Counted from the first letter of the stretch, positions 6,679 through 16,211 are shown. The stretch: DNA of 31,061 bases from Candidatus Zixiibacteriota bacterium (GCA_041742355.1 JBGSIV010000164.1:1-31061); one strand, 5' to 3'. A program made the numbers and translations. The notes: a model not told the origin generated them from the letters alone.

Positions 6679-8754
6679 TTACATGCCTGCACCCAGCCAG
6701 CCGCCGACCGCGGCCGCAATACCGGCCAGCGTCGCGGTCGCGACCATCCACCATGCGGCGGTGGAAGCGTCCTTGCGCAATTCCTCGGCCTGGTGGTAGG
6801 CTTCGTCCTTGGCCTGCTCCACCCGGTACTCGACTTCGTCACGAAGCTGCTCGGCCTTGGCCATGACTTCATCGCGAGCGTTTTCGATGCTGCTGATCAT
6901 CTTCTCGGCGTCCTCTTCATCGAGGCCCTTGACCGATCCGACCACGGCCTTGATGGAATCGCGGTCCATGCGCTTGAGGCGGCGGTAGAGGGCGTCGGCG
7001 CCCGCTTTGGGATCGTTGAACAGGCGCATGAAATCACGGCGCACGCCCTCGTAGTTGAGTTCCGGCCGGTCGAGCTGGTCGAGATAGTTCTTCACGGTTT
7101 GGGCGATCTTTTCCTTCGCCGATTCAGAAACGCTCGACATGTCGGGCAGGCGGTTCTTGACCTGTTCGGAGACGCCGGTGGCGGCGCCGCGCGGGCTGGA
7201 CTGGCGGCGGAATTCGCCGACCCAGTTCTCGATGACCCCGTAGACCATGTCGGTCTTGCTCATCGCCTCTTCGCGGCTCATGTCGGTGCGCTGCGAGATA
7301 ATGTCGGCGACCGTGTTGCGGTCGATGCGGGCCAGGCGGGCGCCGATGGCAGACATGCCTTCCTTGGGCGACTCGAAGAGCTTGGCCAAGTCGCGCTTGA
7401 TACCTTCGGGGTTGAGGGCCGACTTGTTGGTGGAGCGAAGGAATTCAGTGACCTTCTGGCGGGCCTGCTCGGCCTCGCGCGGAGAAACCCCGGCCGCCTG
7501 CAGCATCGCGTCGGTGACCCGGTCGACCTTGTCGCCGCCGTTGCCATCGCCGGTGCGCATCGAGGATATGACGTTCTTGATCCGGTTCACCACGGTCTGC
7601 GAACGCTGCTTGGCCTGGTAGTTCTCGCCAATGCCCAGCTTGGCGGTGATTTCCTCGTGGTCGAGGAAACGATCATCGTCGATGATCGCCCGCAGTTCGG
7701 TCTTGTCCAGAAGCTTCTCGAGTTCTTTGCGGATATCCTTGGGTTCGGGCCCCTTGAGCTGGTCGACGTACCCCTGGATCGTCTTGGCAATGTCGCCGGT
7801 GTCAATATCACCCATGATTTCGTCACGGACTTCCTGCGTGATCCGCTGGGCGATGTCGCCGGCCTTGTCTGCTTCGGAGGATTTGAACATCGAGGTGACG
7901 CCTTCGTAGGCGCTCTTGACACCGGCCATCATGAGGCCAAAGGCCGATCCGAACAGCGCGGTGCCCGCGGTCGCCTCGAACAGCGCCAGGGAGATGAAGA
8001 ACAGCCCCCAGATCGTGAGGCCGAGGATGATCCCGGTCATGGCCATAGCGGTTACCGCCAGTTCCGTCGCCAGCCAGGCCGCGAAGAAAGCGCACAACGG
8101 CGTGCTGATCAGCCAGAACAGCCCGAACGCGCTGGTGAACTTGCGGATTTTCGGGTGGACGCCCTCGTCTTCGTCCCGGTCCCGATCCTTGTCGAGGTCT
8201 CTGTCGCGGTCGCGCCCGCTCTCGTAGTCAGGATGCCGTTCGCGGTATTCCTCCGCCTCACGGCCTGAGATCGGCCGTCCGGTTATATCGTGCTCCACGG
8301 CCCGGGAGGAGGGGCGGTCGGTGTCCCGTTCGGCCGTCCCTATGGGCCGGCCGGTTATGTCATGCTCGACAGCTGCGCTGCCGCCGCGCCGCGGCTCAGA
8401 CGTCTGATAGGCGTAGTCGCGGCGCTGGGTGCGATCTCGTTCGTAGTCACGGTGCGGCCGCACGGCATGACGGTCGCGTTCAATGGAAAAAGCGCTCAGG
8501 CCGAGCGCGGTCGATAAGCCGGTAAGCAACAACTGGAACGCCAGCGCCAGCACCAGACCGGCGAATACGGCGATCCAGAAATGACCGCTGACGACAGCTT
8601 CGGCTACTTCTTCAGGGTCGTCAACGGCAGCGTCCTCGAGGTCGTCGGCCCCCTGCACCGTCACTTCGGCGTCGCGATCGACGTCGGCGGGGGGCTGCGC
8701 CATTACCATCATGGGCACCAAAAGGACAATGAGTATAAACAGGAACCTCATCAT
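6679..8754 (-). CDS. Uncharacterised membrane protein with large amphipathic helical repeats
   Basis: 691-aa ORF with a GGAGG RBS, an N-terminal signal-like segment, a TM cluster, a charged insert, two repeats of about 70 aa and a C-terminal TM (AAWW...AAAVGGWLG). GC3-rich codon pattern. Confidence 0.85.
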   Translation of the reverse strand: MMRFLFILIVLLVPMMVMAQPPADVDRDAEVTVQGADDLEDAAVDDPEEVAEAVVSGHFWIAVFAGLVLALAFQLLLTGLSTALGLSAFSIERDRHAVRPHRDYERDRTQRRDYAYQTSEPRRGGSAAVEHDITGRPIGTAERDTDRPSSRAVEHDITGRPISGREAEEYRERHPDYESGRDRDRDLDKDRDRDEDEGVHPKIRKFTSAFGLFWLISTPLCAFFAAWLATELAVTAMAMTGIILGLTIWGLFFISLALFEATAGTALFGSAFGLMMAGVKSAYEGVTSMFKSSEADKAGDIAQRITQEVRDEIMGDIDTGDIAKTIQGYVDQLKGPEPKDIRKELEKLLDKTELRAIIDDDRFLDHEEITAKLGIGENYQAKQRSQTVVNRIKNVISSMRTGDGNGGDKVDRVTDAMLQAAGVSPREAEQARQKVTEFLRSTNKSALNPEGIKRDLAKLFESPKEGMSAIGARLARIDRNTVADIISQRTDMSREEAMSKTDMVYGVIENWVGEFRRQSSPRGAATGVSEQVKNRLPDMSSVSESAKEKIAQTVKNYLDQLDRPELNYEGVRRDFMRLFNDPKAGADALYRRLKRMDRDSIKAVVGSVKGLDEEDAEKMISSIENARDEVMAKAEQLRDEVEYRVEQAKDEAYHQAEELRKDASTAAWWMVATATLAGIAAAVGGWLGAGM

Positions 8755-8995
8755 AATTTGCCTCCACTAGTTATTCTAGTTAGGCGATTTAGCCCCCCTG
8801 TACTCATGATGCGTAACAGGAGGCGAGCACGCCTGTGTGGCATTCATAAGATGTTATTCAACAAAGGAATGGATTGGGCATGGTGGATCACTTCGTGTGC
8901 ACGATGTACAGTCATAACATTGTGCCGTAATCCAATGTTCCGACGGCACACCCTGCGGGATGGCCCTGCGGCAGCCTGACGGGCTGCCTAGAATA

Positions 8996-9025
8996 ACAAC
9001 GGCGGGACACGTGTCCCGCCGTTGT
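8996..9025 (-). terminator. Perfect 30-bp palindrome, probable terminator of the dnaE-thioredoxin transcript
   Basis: ACAACGGCGGGACAC|GTGTCCCGCCGTTGT, 22 nt after the tlpA-like stop codon; the minus strand continues TATTCT. Confidence 0.6.
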
Positions 9026-9047
9026 CAAACTGATTGGGAAAGCCGGA

Positions 9048-9638
9048 TCAGGAGGGTCGATCCGACTCGCGGATGATCGTTTCGATCGCGCGCTTGAACG
9101 TCGCGTAGTCGCGGGAGCCGACCAGTGCACCCGTCATGCTGCCGTCGGAATCCTCCACCTCGACCAGGTTTCCCTCGGCATCGAAAAAGAAGGTGGTCGG
9201 AACGCTCTGGATGCCGAACTGGATGGCCACCTGGGGGTCGCCGATGAGCAGCGGCCAGCTCATGCCCGCCTGTCCGGCATAGGCGGTAACCTTGTCGGGC
9301 GTGTCATTCAGCGCGATGCCGACAATCTCCACGCGGTCTTTGTACTCCTCGTAGACTCTGACCATGTCGGGGATCTCTCTCCGACATGGCGGACACCAGG
9401 TGCCCCAGAAATTGACCACGACCGGCCTCTTTCCGATCCACTCATCGGCGTTGTGAATGTTGCCGGACGCATCGAGGAGTGTGAATGACGGCGAAGCGCC
9501 CACAGCGGGCTGCTGAGCGGTCTGGGGTCGCGACGTTTCGGGGGCGGCGTTCTGGGACTCGTTTGTGTCGCCGCTGCAGCCGAGCATGACGGCGGCCAGC
9601 AGGGCGAGCGGGAGAGCGGAGATACTGATCATCTTCAT
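9048..9638 (-). CDS. TlpA/ResA-family thiol-disulfide oxidoreductase lipoprotein
   Basis: Lipobox MLG-C, active site VVNFWGTWCPPC and cis-Pro motif VPTT. Start at ATG 9638 after GGAG. Confidence 0.9.
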   Translation of the reverse strand: MKMISISALPLALLAAVMLGCSGDTNESQNAAPETSRPQTAQQPAVGASPSFTLLDASGNIHNADEWIGKRPVVVNFWGTWCPPCRREIPDMVRVYEEYKDRVEIVGIALNDTPDKVTAYAGQAGMSWPLLIGDPQVAIQFGIQSVPTTFFFDAEGNLVEVEDSDGSMTGALVGSRDYATFKRAIETIIRESDRPS

Positions 9639-9739
9639 CGGGTCGTCTCCATCAGGTAGCCGTTCGTGCACAATGAAGCGGCCCGTGCGGCCGCCGGTTG
9701 ACGGGCGGGACACGGGCCGGTTATCTACCGAGCGAGCTT

Positions 9740-10276
9740 CTACTTGCCCGACTGCGTGCCGGACGTATCGGCCGCGGTTGAGTCGTACTGCTCTTCCACC
9801 ACGTAGGTGAAGGCTTCCATCATCACGTTGGCGGGGCGGTAGCCGCTGATCGCGCCGAGCTTGGTGCCGTCCGCCTTGAGAAACCAGAAGGTCGGATAGC
9901 CGCGGACGCCGAATTCCTGTTTGGTCAGGTTGGATTCGGTGATCTTGTAGCCCTTGATATCGAGTTCCTTCTGCGAGTCGCCGTCGACCTTCACCGGGAT
10001 GAAGTTGTCGTTGATCATGGCGATCACTTCCGGCTGGCTGAAGGTTTCAGCGTCCATCTTCTTGCAGAAGCCGCACCACTTGGCGGTGAAATCAATGAAG
10101 AGGTGCTTGTTCTCTTTCTGGGCGCGCTCTAACCCGACGTCGTACGACAGCCACTGGATGCCGCTGGTGGTGCCGGCGGGGGCAGGAGCGGGTTTGTCGT
10201 CATTGCCGGCGATGAGGACCGCGGCGGCGACGAGCACAAGGAGAGCGGCGAGCGTGATGTGCTTGAGGATCGGCAT
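9740..10276 (-). CDS. Exported thioredoxin-fold protein (SoxW/DUF255-like)
   Basis: N-terminal signal or anchor, FIDFTAKWCGFC, GVRGYPT; 24 nt downstream of dnaE. Confidence 0.9.
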   Translation of the reverse strand: MPILKHITLAALLVLVAAAVLIAGNDDKPAPAPAGTTSGIQWLSYDVGLERAQKENKHLFIDFTAKWCGFCKKMDAETFSQPEVIAMINDNFIPVKVDGDSQKELDIKGYKITESNLTKQEFGVRGYPTFWFLKADGTKLGAISGYRPANVMMEAFTYVVEEQYDSTAADTSGTQSGK

Positions 10277-10300
10277 GAAAAGCCCCTTGTTGTATTGTAG

Positions 10301-13300
10301 TTAGCTATCTTTTCGTTGCAGGGGTCGCAGGTAGGCGGCAGTTTCGCCGAGAAGCGACTTCAGGCTGTTGAGCAGCGTGAAGTCGGGATTGACCGAATAC
10401 TTGCGCGACCGAATGTACACCTCAGAACCGTTTTCTCTTGCTGCGAGCAGGACCGGGGTAGTGCCCTGGTAGTCATTGAGCGAGACCAGCGCCTGTTCAA
10501 TGAGGCTATCGGAGCAATCGACATCGATCTTTATAACAAGTTGACAGGTGAAGCGTTCCGTGAGCTTTTCCAGGGCCATGACTTCATTGCCAAGAATTTT
10601 CGGGGCTTCACCTTCCCGTGTCGAAACCCGTCCAGTGACAAGAACCATCCGGTCTACCTCGACAATGTCCTTGCACTCCTCGTAGCACTTCGAGAAGAGG
10701 ATGAGTTCGGTCGAACCGGTGTAGTCCTCGATCGTGGCAAACGCCATCATGTTACCCTTCTTGTCGACCATTTTCTTGACCGCGGTGATAATGCCGCCAA
10801 CACGGACCTCCCGTCCGTCGGGGGCCTGCTTGAGGTGGTCGGCCGTGAAGGTCGTAAACGATTTCAGTTCATCGCGGTAGGCATCGAGGGGGTGGCCTGT
10901 GATCCAGAAGCCGAGGGTGGCTTTCTCCTGGTTGAGGCGCTCAGTCCGAGTCCAATCGTCAACATTGGGCAGTGCGGGAGCAACACGCTTGGCTCCAGCC
11001 GTCTCGGCAAACAGGTCATGGCTGGACGTTGCCGCGGCGACCTTGTGGGCGAACTCCAGCATGGCCTCTACGGCGGCAAACTTCGCGGCGCGAGGGCCGG
11101 GCAGAGAGTCGCAGGCCCCGGCCGCGACCAGGCTTTCGAGAACTCGCCGATTGAGGCTCTTCGCCGGCGCGCGGGTGACAAGGTCGGCCAAATCGCTATA
11201 CGGGCCATTCGCCTCCCGTTCGGCCACGATCGCCTGCGCCGGCACCCCGCCGACATTCTTCACCGCCTGCAAGCCGAAGCGGATCTTCCCTTCGGGCACC
11301 GAGAAGTCGACTTTGGAGTAGTTGACGTCCGGGGGCAGCACCGCAATGCCGGCGCGCCGGCTTTCTTCGAGGAAGACGTTGATCCGGTCGGAGTCGCTGA
11401 TTTCGGAGCTCATCAGCGCGGCCATGAATTCCCGGGGGTAGTAATGCTTCAGCCAGGCGGTCTGGTACGCAATGTACGCGTAGCAGGCGGAGTGGGCCTT
11501 GTTGAAACCGTAGCGGGCGAAAGTCTCGATCTGGTGAACCACCTCTTCGGAAACCTTGCGGTTGATCCCCTGGCGGTCGGCCCCGGCGAGGAATTCCGTT
11601 TTCTGCTCGGCCATGAGCGCGGCGTCCTTCTTGCCCATCGCCTTGCGCAGCAGGTCGGCCTTGCCGAGAGAGTACCCGGCGAGGGAATTGGCGATCTTGA
11701 GCACCTGCTCCTGAAACACAATGACGCCGTAGGTGTCGCCGAGAATCTCCTCCAGCAGCGGGTGGACGTACTCGACCTTCTGACGGCCGTGCTTACGGTC
11801 GATGTAGACGTCGATCATCCCGGAGTCGAGTGGCCCGGGGCGGTAGAGAGCATTCATCACGACAAGGTCGGTGAACTTCGACGGGTGCAGCTTGCGCAGG
11901 TAGTCGCGCATACCCGGGGATTCAAACTGGAAAATGCCGATCGTTTCCCCGCGGCTGAAGAGCTGGTAGACCGCCGGGTCATCGAGCGGGAGGTTGTCCA
12001 GGTCGAACTTCGCGTCGGGGTAGTTTTCATGGATCATCCGCAGGGCGTCGTCGATAACCGTGAGGGTGCGCAGACCGAGAAAGTCCATCTTGAGCAGGCC
12101 GATCTTCTCCACCATCTTCATATCGTACTGGGTGGTGATTTCGTCCTTGCTCGATTTGAAGAGGGGGACATAGTTGGTCAGCGCGGAGGGGGCGATCACA
12201 ACCCCGGCGGCGTGGGTGGAGCAGTGGCGCGCCAGGCCCTGCAGGGTGGTGGCGTACGTGAGGATCCGGTCGACCCGGGCGTCCTTCTTGCGCAACTCAA
12301 TCAGCTCGGTGGCGGTCTTGAGCGCCTTGTCGATCGTCTGGCCCGGCGCTTCCGGAACCATCTTGGCGATCTTGTCGACATCGCCGTAGGGCATGCCGAG
12401 GACGCGGCCGATGTCGCGGATGACGCCGCGGGCGGCCAGGGTGCCGAAGGTGATGATCTGGCAGACGTTGTCCTCGCCGTACTTGTCGATGACGTACTTG
12501 ATGATCTTGTCGCGGCCGCGGTCGGCGAAGTCGATATCGATATCGGGCATGGATATGCGCTCGGGGTTGAGGAAGCGCTCGAACAGGAGCCCGAATTTGA
12601 GCGGATCGAGGTTGGTGATTTTGAGAACGTACGAGACGATCGAACCGGCGGCCGAACCGCGGCCGGGGCCGACGGGAATTTTCTCGCTGCGGGCGTAGTC
12701 GCAGAAATCCTTCACGATCAGGAAGTAGCCGGCGTAGCCCATCTGCTTGATGACACCGAGTTCGTAATCGAGGCGCTGGCGGACGGCGTCGATCATCTCG
12801 CCGTAGCGGTCGCGGCAGCCCGCAAGGCAGAGGTCACGCAGGTAGTCGTCGGGGTTGGTGAACGTCTGCGGAATCGGAAACACGGGGAGCAGGAGGCGGT
12901 CCATCTCGAGTTCAAGGTTACAGGCCTCGGCAATGCGGATCGTGTTCCGGAGCGCTTCCTTGAAATCGCCGAGGGTTGATTCCATTTCGGCGGCCGACTT
13001 GAAGTAGAGCTGGTCGGTGCTGTACCGCATCCGGTTGGTGTCATCGACCATCTTGCCCGTCTGGATGCACAGGAGTGTGTCGTGGGCCTCGGCATCCTCG
13101 CGGCGCAGGTAGTGGCAATCGTTGGTGGCGACGAGCGGGATGCCGGTTTCGCGGGCGATCGCTTCCATGCGGGGGACCAGCAGCTTTTCCTGCTCGAGAC
13201 CGTGATTCTGGATTTCAAGGAAGAAATTCCCCTCGCCGAAGATCTCCTGCAGCTCGCGGGCGACGGCAACTGCTTCATCGGTGCGCCCCTGCAGTAGGTT

Positions 13301-13744
13301 CCAAGACACCTCCCCCTTGAGGCAGGCGCTGGTGGCGATGAGCCCCTCGCTGTGCTTCCGGAGAATCTCCTTGTCGATGCGCGGGCGGTGGTAGAAACCG
13401 TCAAGAAACGCCGCCGAGGAAAGCTTGATCAGGTTGTGGTAGCCGGTGAGGTTTTTGACGAGCAGGACGAGGTGGAAACCGCCGTCGGGCCACCGGCTCG
13501 AGGGTTTCTTGTCAAGGCGGCTGCCGCCGGCGACGTACGCCTCGCAGCCGACGATCGGCTTGATGCCGGCCTTGCGGGCAGCCGTGTAGAATTCGATTGC
13601 CCCGAACATGTTGCCGTGGTCGGTCACGGCCAGGGCGGGCATCTTGTGTTCTTTGGCCAGCTCGATCACGTCGTGCAGGCGGCAGGCGCCGTCGAGGAGC
13701 GAATACTGGCTGTGCGTGTGCAGGTGTACGAAATTGGCAAACAT
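10301..13744 (-). CDS. dnaE: DNA polymerase III subunit alpha
   Basis: PHP domain (HLHTHSQYS, TDHG, NDCHY), GPGRGSAAGS, MPDIDIDF, KMDFLGL, YGFNKAHS and an OB fold. No intein seen. Confidence 0.98.
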   Translation of the reverse strand: MFANFVHLHTHSQYSLLDGACRLHDVIELAKEHKMPALAVTDHGNMFGAIEFYTAARKAGIKPIVGCEAYVAGGSRLDKKPSSRWPDGGFHLVLLVKNLTGYHNLIKLSSAAFLDGFYHRPRIDKEILRKHSEGLIATSACLKGEVSWNLLQGRTDEAVAVARELQEIFGEGNFFLEIQNHGLEQEKLLVPRMEAIARETGIPLVATNDCHYLRREDAEAHDTLLCIQTGKMVDDTNRMRYSTDQLYFKSAAEMESTLGDFKEALRNTIRIAEACNLELEMDRLLLPVFPIPQTFTNPDDYLRDLCLAGCRDRYGEMIDAVRQRLDYELGVIKQMGYAGYFLIVKDFCDYARSEKIPVGPGRGSAAGSIVSYVLKITNLDPLKFGLLFERFLNPERISMPDIDIDFADRGRDKIIKYVIDKYGEDNVCQIITFGTLAARGVIRDIGRVLGMPYGDVDKIAKMVPEAPGQTIDKALKTATELIELRKKDARVDRILTYATTLQGLARHCSTHAAGVVIAPSALTNYVPLFKSSKDEITTQYDMKMVEKIGLLKMDFLGLRTLTVIDDALRMIHENYPDAKFDLDNLPLDDPAVYQLFSRGETIGIFQFESPGMRDYLRKLHPSKFTDLVVMNALYRPGPLDSGMIDVYIDRKHGRQKVEYVHPLLEEILGDTYGVIVFQEQVLKIANSLAGYSLGKADLLRKAMGKKDAALMAEQKTEFLAGADRQGINRKVSEEVVHQIETFARYGFNKAHSACYAYIAYQTAWLKHYYPREFMAALMSSEISDSDRINVFLEESRRAGIAVLPPDVNYSKVDFSVPEGKIRFGLQAVKNVGGVPAQAIVAEREANGPYSDLADLVTRAPAKSLNRRVLESLVAAGACDSLPGPRAAKFAAVEAMLEFAHKVAAATSSHDLFAETAGAKRVAPALPNVDDWTRTERLNQEKATLGFWITGHPLDAYRDELKSFTTFTADHLKQAPDGREVRVGGIITAVKKMVDKKGNMMAFATIEDYTGSTELILFSKCYEECKDIVEVDRMVLVTGRVSTREGEAPKILGNEVMALEKLTERFTCQLVIKIDVDCSDSLIEQALVSLNDYQGTTPVLLAARENGSEVYIRSRKYSVNPDFTLLNSLKSLLGETAAYLRPLQRKDS

Positions 13745-13937
13745 TGTCTATCGCTTCCGGGCGTTTTCTTCTTCCCTGATTGTACGGCGGCCGGGGGTGG
13801 CGGGTCATCGAAATCCTCCCCCAGAGTCTCGCAGAGTGCGGCCACTGTCTGGGCTCAAAAAACAGCCTTTGGCGGGATTCGTCAAACACTTATTCGAGAG
13901 GAACAGCGTGGTGGGCCGGTGAATGACCGGTTTGGAC

Positions 13938-13968
13938 AAAAAAAAGAGGCGGCCGTGACAGCCGCCTC
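13938..13968 (-). terminator. Intrinsic terminator of the PEP-CTERM gene
   Basis: Minus strand GAGGCGGC-TGTCACG-GCCGCCTC followed by T8. Confidence 0.85.
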
Positions 13969-13994
13969 GTCAGGTACGGAATGGCTTGCGCCGC

Positions 13995-14624
13995 TTACTT
14001 GCGGAACTTGCGCACAATTCCCGCGCCGGCCAGGCCGATACCCATGAGCAGCATCGTGCCGGGTTCCGGCACCACCGTGGTGGAGGTGTCGGGGCGGAGG
14101 ACTTTGTAGCCAATTGAACCGTTGGTCGGGCCATCGAGCGGATCGGGGTTGCCGAATCCGTTGTTGTAGGCCTCGTTCAGACCCATGCCTCCGGCGCGAC
14201 CGTCTTTAGCATAGAAATCGCCCCAGACGGGCGCGCGGGTCGAGAAGAACTCGTAGTGTCCTGAGCCGTAGTCGAGCTTCATGGCGCTGGAGATGCCATT
14301 AATGTCACCGAATTCCAGGCGCCCGGAAGCACCCCAGAAGTCCGCCGCGGTTGCATCGGGCGAAATCTCCAGGGTGAAATGACTGACGGCGGCTGTGGCC
14401 GGATCCTGGTAGAGCACCCCCTGGCTGTCTTTCAACCAGTACTGGTACTTCCACGAGCCGTCGGGCTGATCTTCTACGAGCCACTCAATCTGGAAACCGT
14501 TGTATCCCCAGTAGCCGGTGGCTGTCGCCCCGGCGGGTGACATCAACGAACCCGAGAACGAGAGAGCGCTGGCCAGTGGCGCGAGCAGCAGGACCAGGGC
14601 CATTGCGAGAAAGGCTTTTTTCAT
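13995..14624 (-). CDS. PEP-CTERM (exosortase target) protein
   Basis: Signal peptide MKKAFLAMALVLLLAPLASA; C-terminus VPEPGTMLLMGIGLAGAGIVRKFRK (PEP motif, TM helix, basic tail). GGAG RBS before ATG 14624. Confidence 0.93.
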   Translation of the reverse strand: MKKAFLAMALVLLLAPLASALSFSGSLMSPAGATATGYWGYNGFQIEWLVEDQPDGSWKYQYWLKDSQGVLYQDPATAAVSHFTLEISPDATAADFWGASGRLEFGDINGISSAMKLDYGSGHYEFFSTRAPVWGDFYAKDGRAGGMGLNEAYNNGFGNPDPLDGPTNGSIGYKVLRPDTSTTVVPEPGTMLLMGIGLAGAGIVRKFRK

Positions 14625-14802
14625 AGGCGTCTCCGGTTGCAGGTATAAGGTTTCTCTACATTTCCAAGGTGTCGTTTCGTTGCCTCTCTGAGCATGCACC
14701 CGGCCCACGGCGACCGAGAAATCTGAGAACTCCGGCAGCAACCCTGTGGCTACGAGCAGAAAGCACGACAGGCGTTGATGCAGCACCTCTGCCGACCGCA
14801 AA

Positions 14803-14818
14803 AGCAACCGATATGCCC
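14803..14818 (-). promoter_or_regulatory. Putative sigma54 (-24/-12) promoter of the PEP-CTERM gene
   Basis: Minus strand GGGCATATCGGTTGCT, with exact GG-N10-GC spacing and TTGC. Confidence 0.7.
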
Positions 14819-15137
14819 TTTCCCAGCGCGCACTACAAGTTGTCGCAATACCGCCGTAAGTCGTTAAATAACAGCGTATTATTTATAATGCCGGGCGAGC
14901 CATTACCTTGTATAATAGACACCGGGTAAATGTTGGGTGCGCAAACAGATTCACACAACCTGCCAAACCGAGACATCTTGGCCTTTAATTGCGCAACCGC
15001 CGGATAATGGCAAGGGTGACGGACGGAGTCATAGCGGGCGGAACAAATCAGTTTTATGGGTAGGTAAGATGTGATATATTTGCGTGTACTTCTGGGGTAT
15101 CATTACCGGAGATGCGCACAATAACAAGAAGGAAATG

Positions 15138-16211
15138 ATGGCTGTGAAAGAAGGCAAAGGAAAGACGGCGGCCTCACAGGTGCCTGATCGAAAGAAAGCT
15201 CTTGAAGCGGCGCTCGTGCAGATCGAGCGGTCGTTCGGCAAGGGGGCGATCATGCGCCTGGGCGATGAGACAGTGCAGAAGATACAGGTGATATCGACCG
15301 GGTCGATCGGAATCGATCATGCCCTCGGAGTCGGAGGCATTCCGCGCGGCCGGGTGATTGAGATATTTGGTCCGGAATCATCGGGTAAAACAACCCTGGC
15401 GCTGCACATGATTTCCGAGGCCCAGAAGTTGGGCGGCGTGGCGGCGTTTGTCGATGCCGAGCATGCGCTCGACGCCAATTACGCCAAGAACCTCGGTGTC
15501 GATACCGAAAACCTGCTCGTGTCCCAGCCGGATACGGGCGAACAGGCGCTCGATATCACCGAGACGCTGGTCCGGTCGAGCGCGGTGGATATCATCGTGG
15601 TCGACTCGGTGGCGGCCCTGACGCCCCGTTCGGAAATCGAGGGAGAGATGGGCGACGCGCACATGGGGCTGCAGGCGAGGCTCATGTCGCAGGCGTTGCG
15701 GAAACTGACCGCGATCATCTCGAAATCGAAAACCAGCGTCGTGTTTATCAACCAGATTCGAATGAAGATCGGTGTCATGTTCGGCAACCCCGAGACGACG
15801 ACCGGCGGCAACGCGCTGAAGTTCTATGCGTCGGTGCGGCTGGATATCCGCAAGATCGCCTCGATCAAGGAAAACCAGGATGTGATCGGCTCGCGCACGC
15901 GGGTGCGGGTGGTCAAGAACAAGGTCGCGCCCCCGTTCCGCGAGGCGGAGTTCGATATCATCTACGGTAAAGGTATTTCCAAGGCGGGCGAACTGGTCGA
16001 CCTGGCGTCGACACAGGGAATTATCGAGAAGTCCGGCGCCTGGTTCTCCTACGGCGGCGACCGCCTGGGGCAGGGACGTGAGAACGCCAAGCAGTTCCTG
16101 CTCGACAATCCGGCCATATTCGAGGAAATCCTGCAGAAGGTGCAGGTCGACCTCGGTTTCGGCACAGCGTCGGAGGATGTCGAGGAAGAGGCGGCTGAAG
16201 TCGAGAGCTGA
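15138..16211 (+). CDS. recA: Recombinase RecA
   Basis: Walker [61 protein letters not shown]; the exact start (15135, 15138 or 15144) is uncertain. Confidence 0.98.
   Translation: MAVKEGKGKTAASQVPDRKKALEAALVQIERSFGKGAIMRLGDETVQKIQVISTGSIGIDHALGVGGIPRGRVIEIFGPESSGKTTLALHMISEAQKLGGVAAFVDAEHALDANYAKNLGVDTENLLVSQPDTGEQALDITETLVRSSAVDIIVVDSVAALTPRSEIEGEMGDAHMGLQARLMSQALRKLTAIISKSKTSVVFINQIRMKIGVMFGNPETTTGGNALKFYASVRLDIRKIASIKENQDVIGSRTRVRVVKNKVAPPFREAEFDIIYGKGISKAGELVDLASTQGIIEKSGAWFSYGGDRLGQGRENAKQFLLDNPAIFEEILQKVQVDLGFGTASEDVEEEAAEVES

Noticed and set aside
10316..12979. 887-aa plus-strand ORF antisense to dnaE (likewise 6610-8268, 24263-25738, 25886-27838, 2029-3006, 20319-21245, 27978-29024)
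   Set aside because: Typical antisense shadows of GC3-rich genes: no RBS or recognisable motifs, and each overlaps a clearly identified gene on the other strand.
14625..14800. c-di-GMP riboswitch in the long PEP-CTERM leader
   Set aside because: The GGCAAAC...GACGCAAAGC-type signature was not found on the coding strand.
15040..15110. Possible LexA (SOS) box upstream of recA (GAACAAATCAGTTT)
   Set aside because: Spacing does not match the GAAC-N4-GTTC, CTGT-N8-ACAG or GTTC-N7-GTTC boxes; a lineage-specific box cannot be inferred from one site.
10301..16211. dnaE plus recA as a mutagenesis (imuABC/dnaE2) cassette, or inteins in either gene
   Set aside because: The genes are divergent, DnaE is a full-length replicative type with an intact PHP domain, no imuA/imuB is present, and both proteins have normal length.
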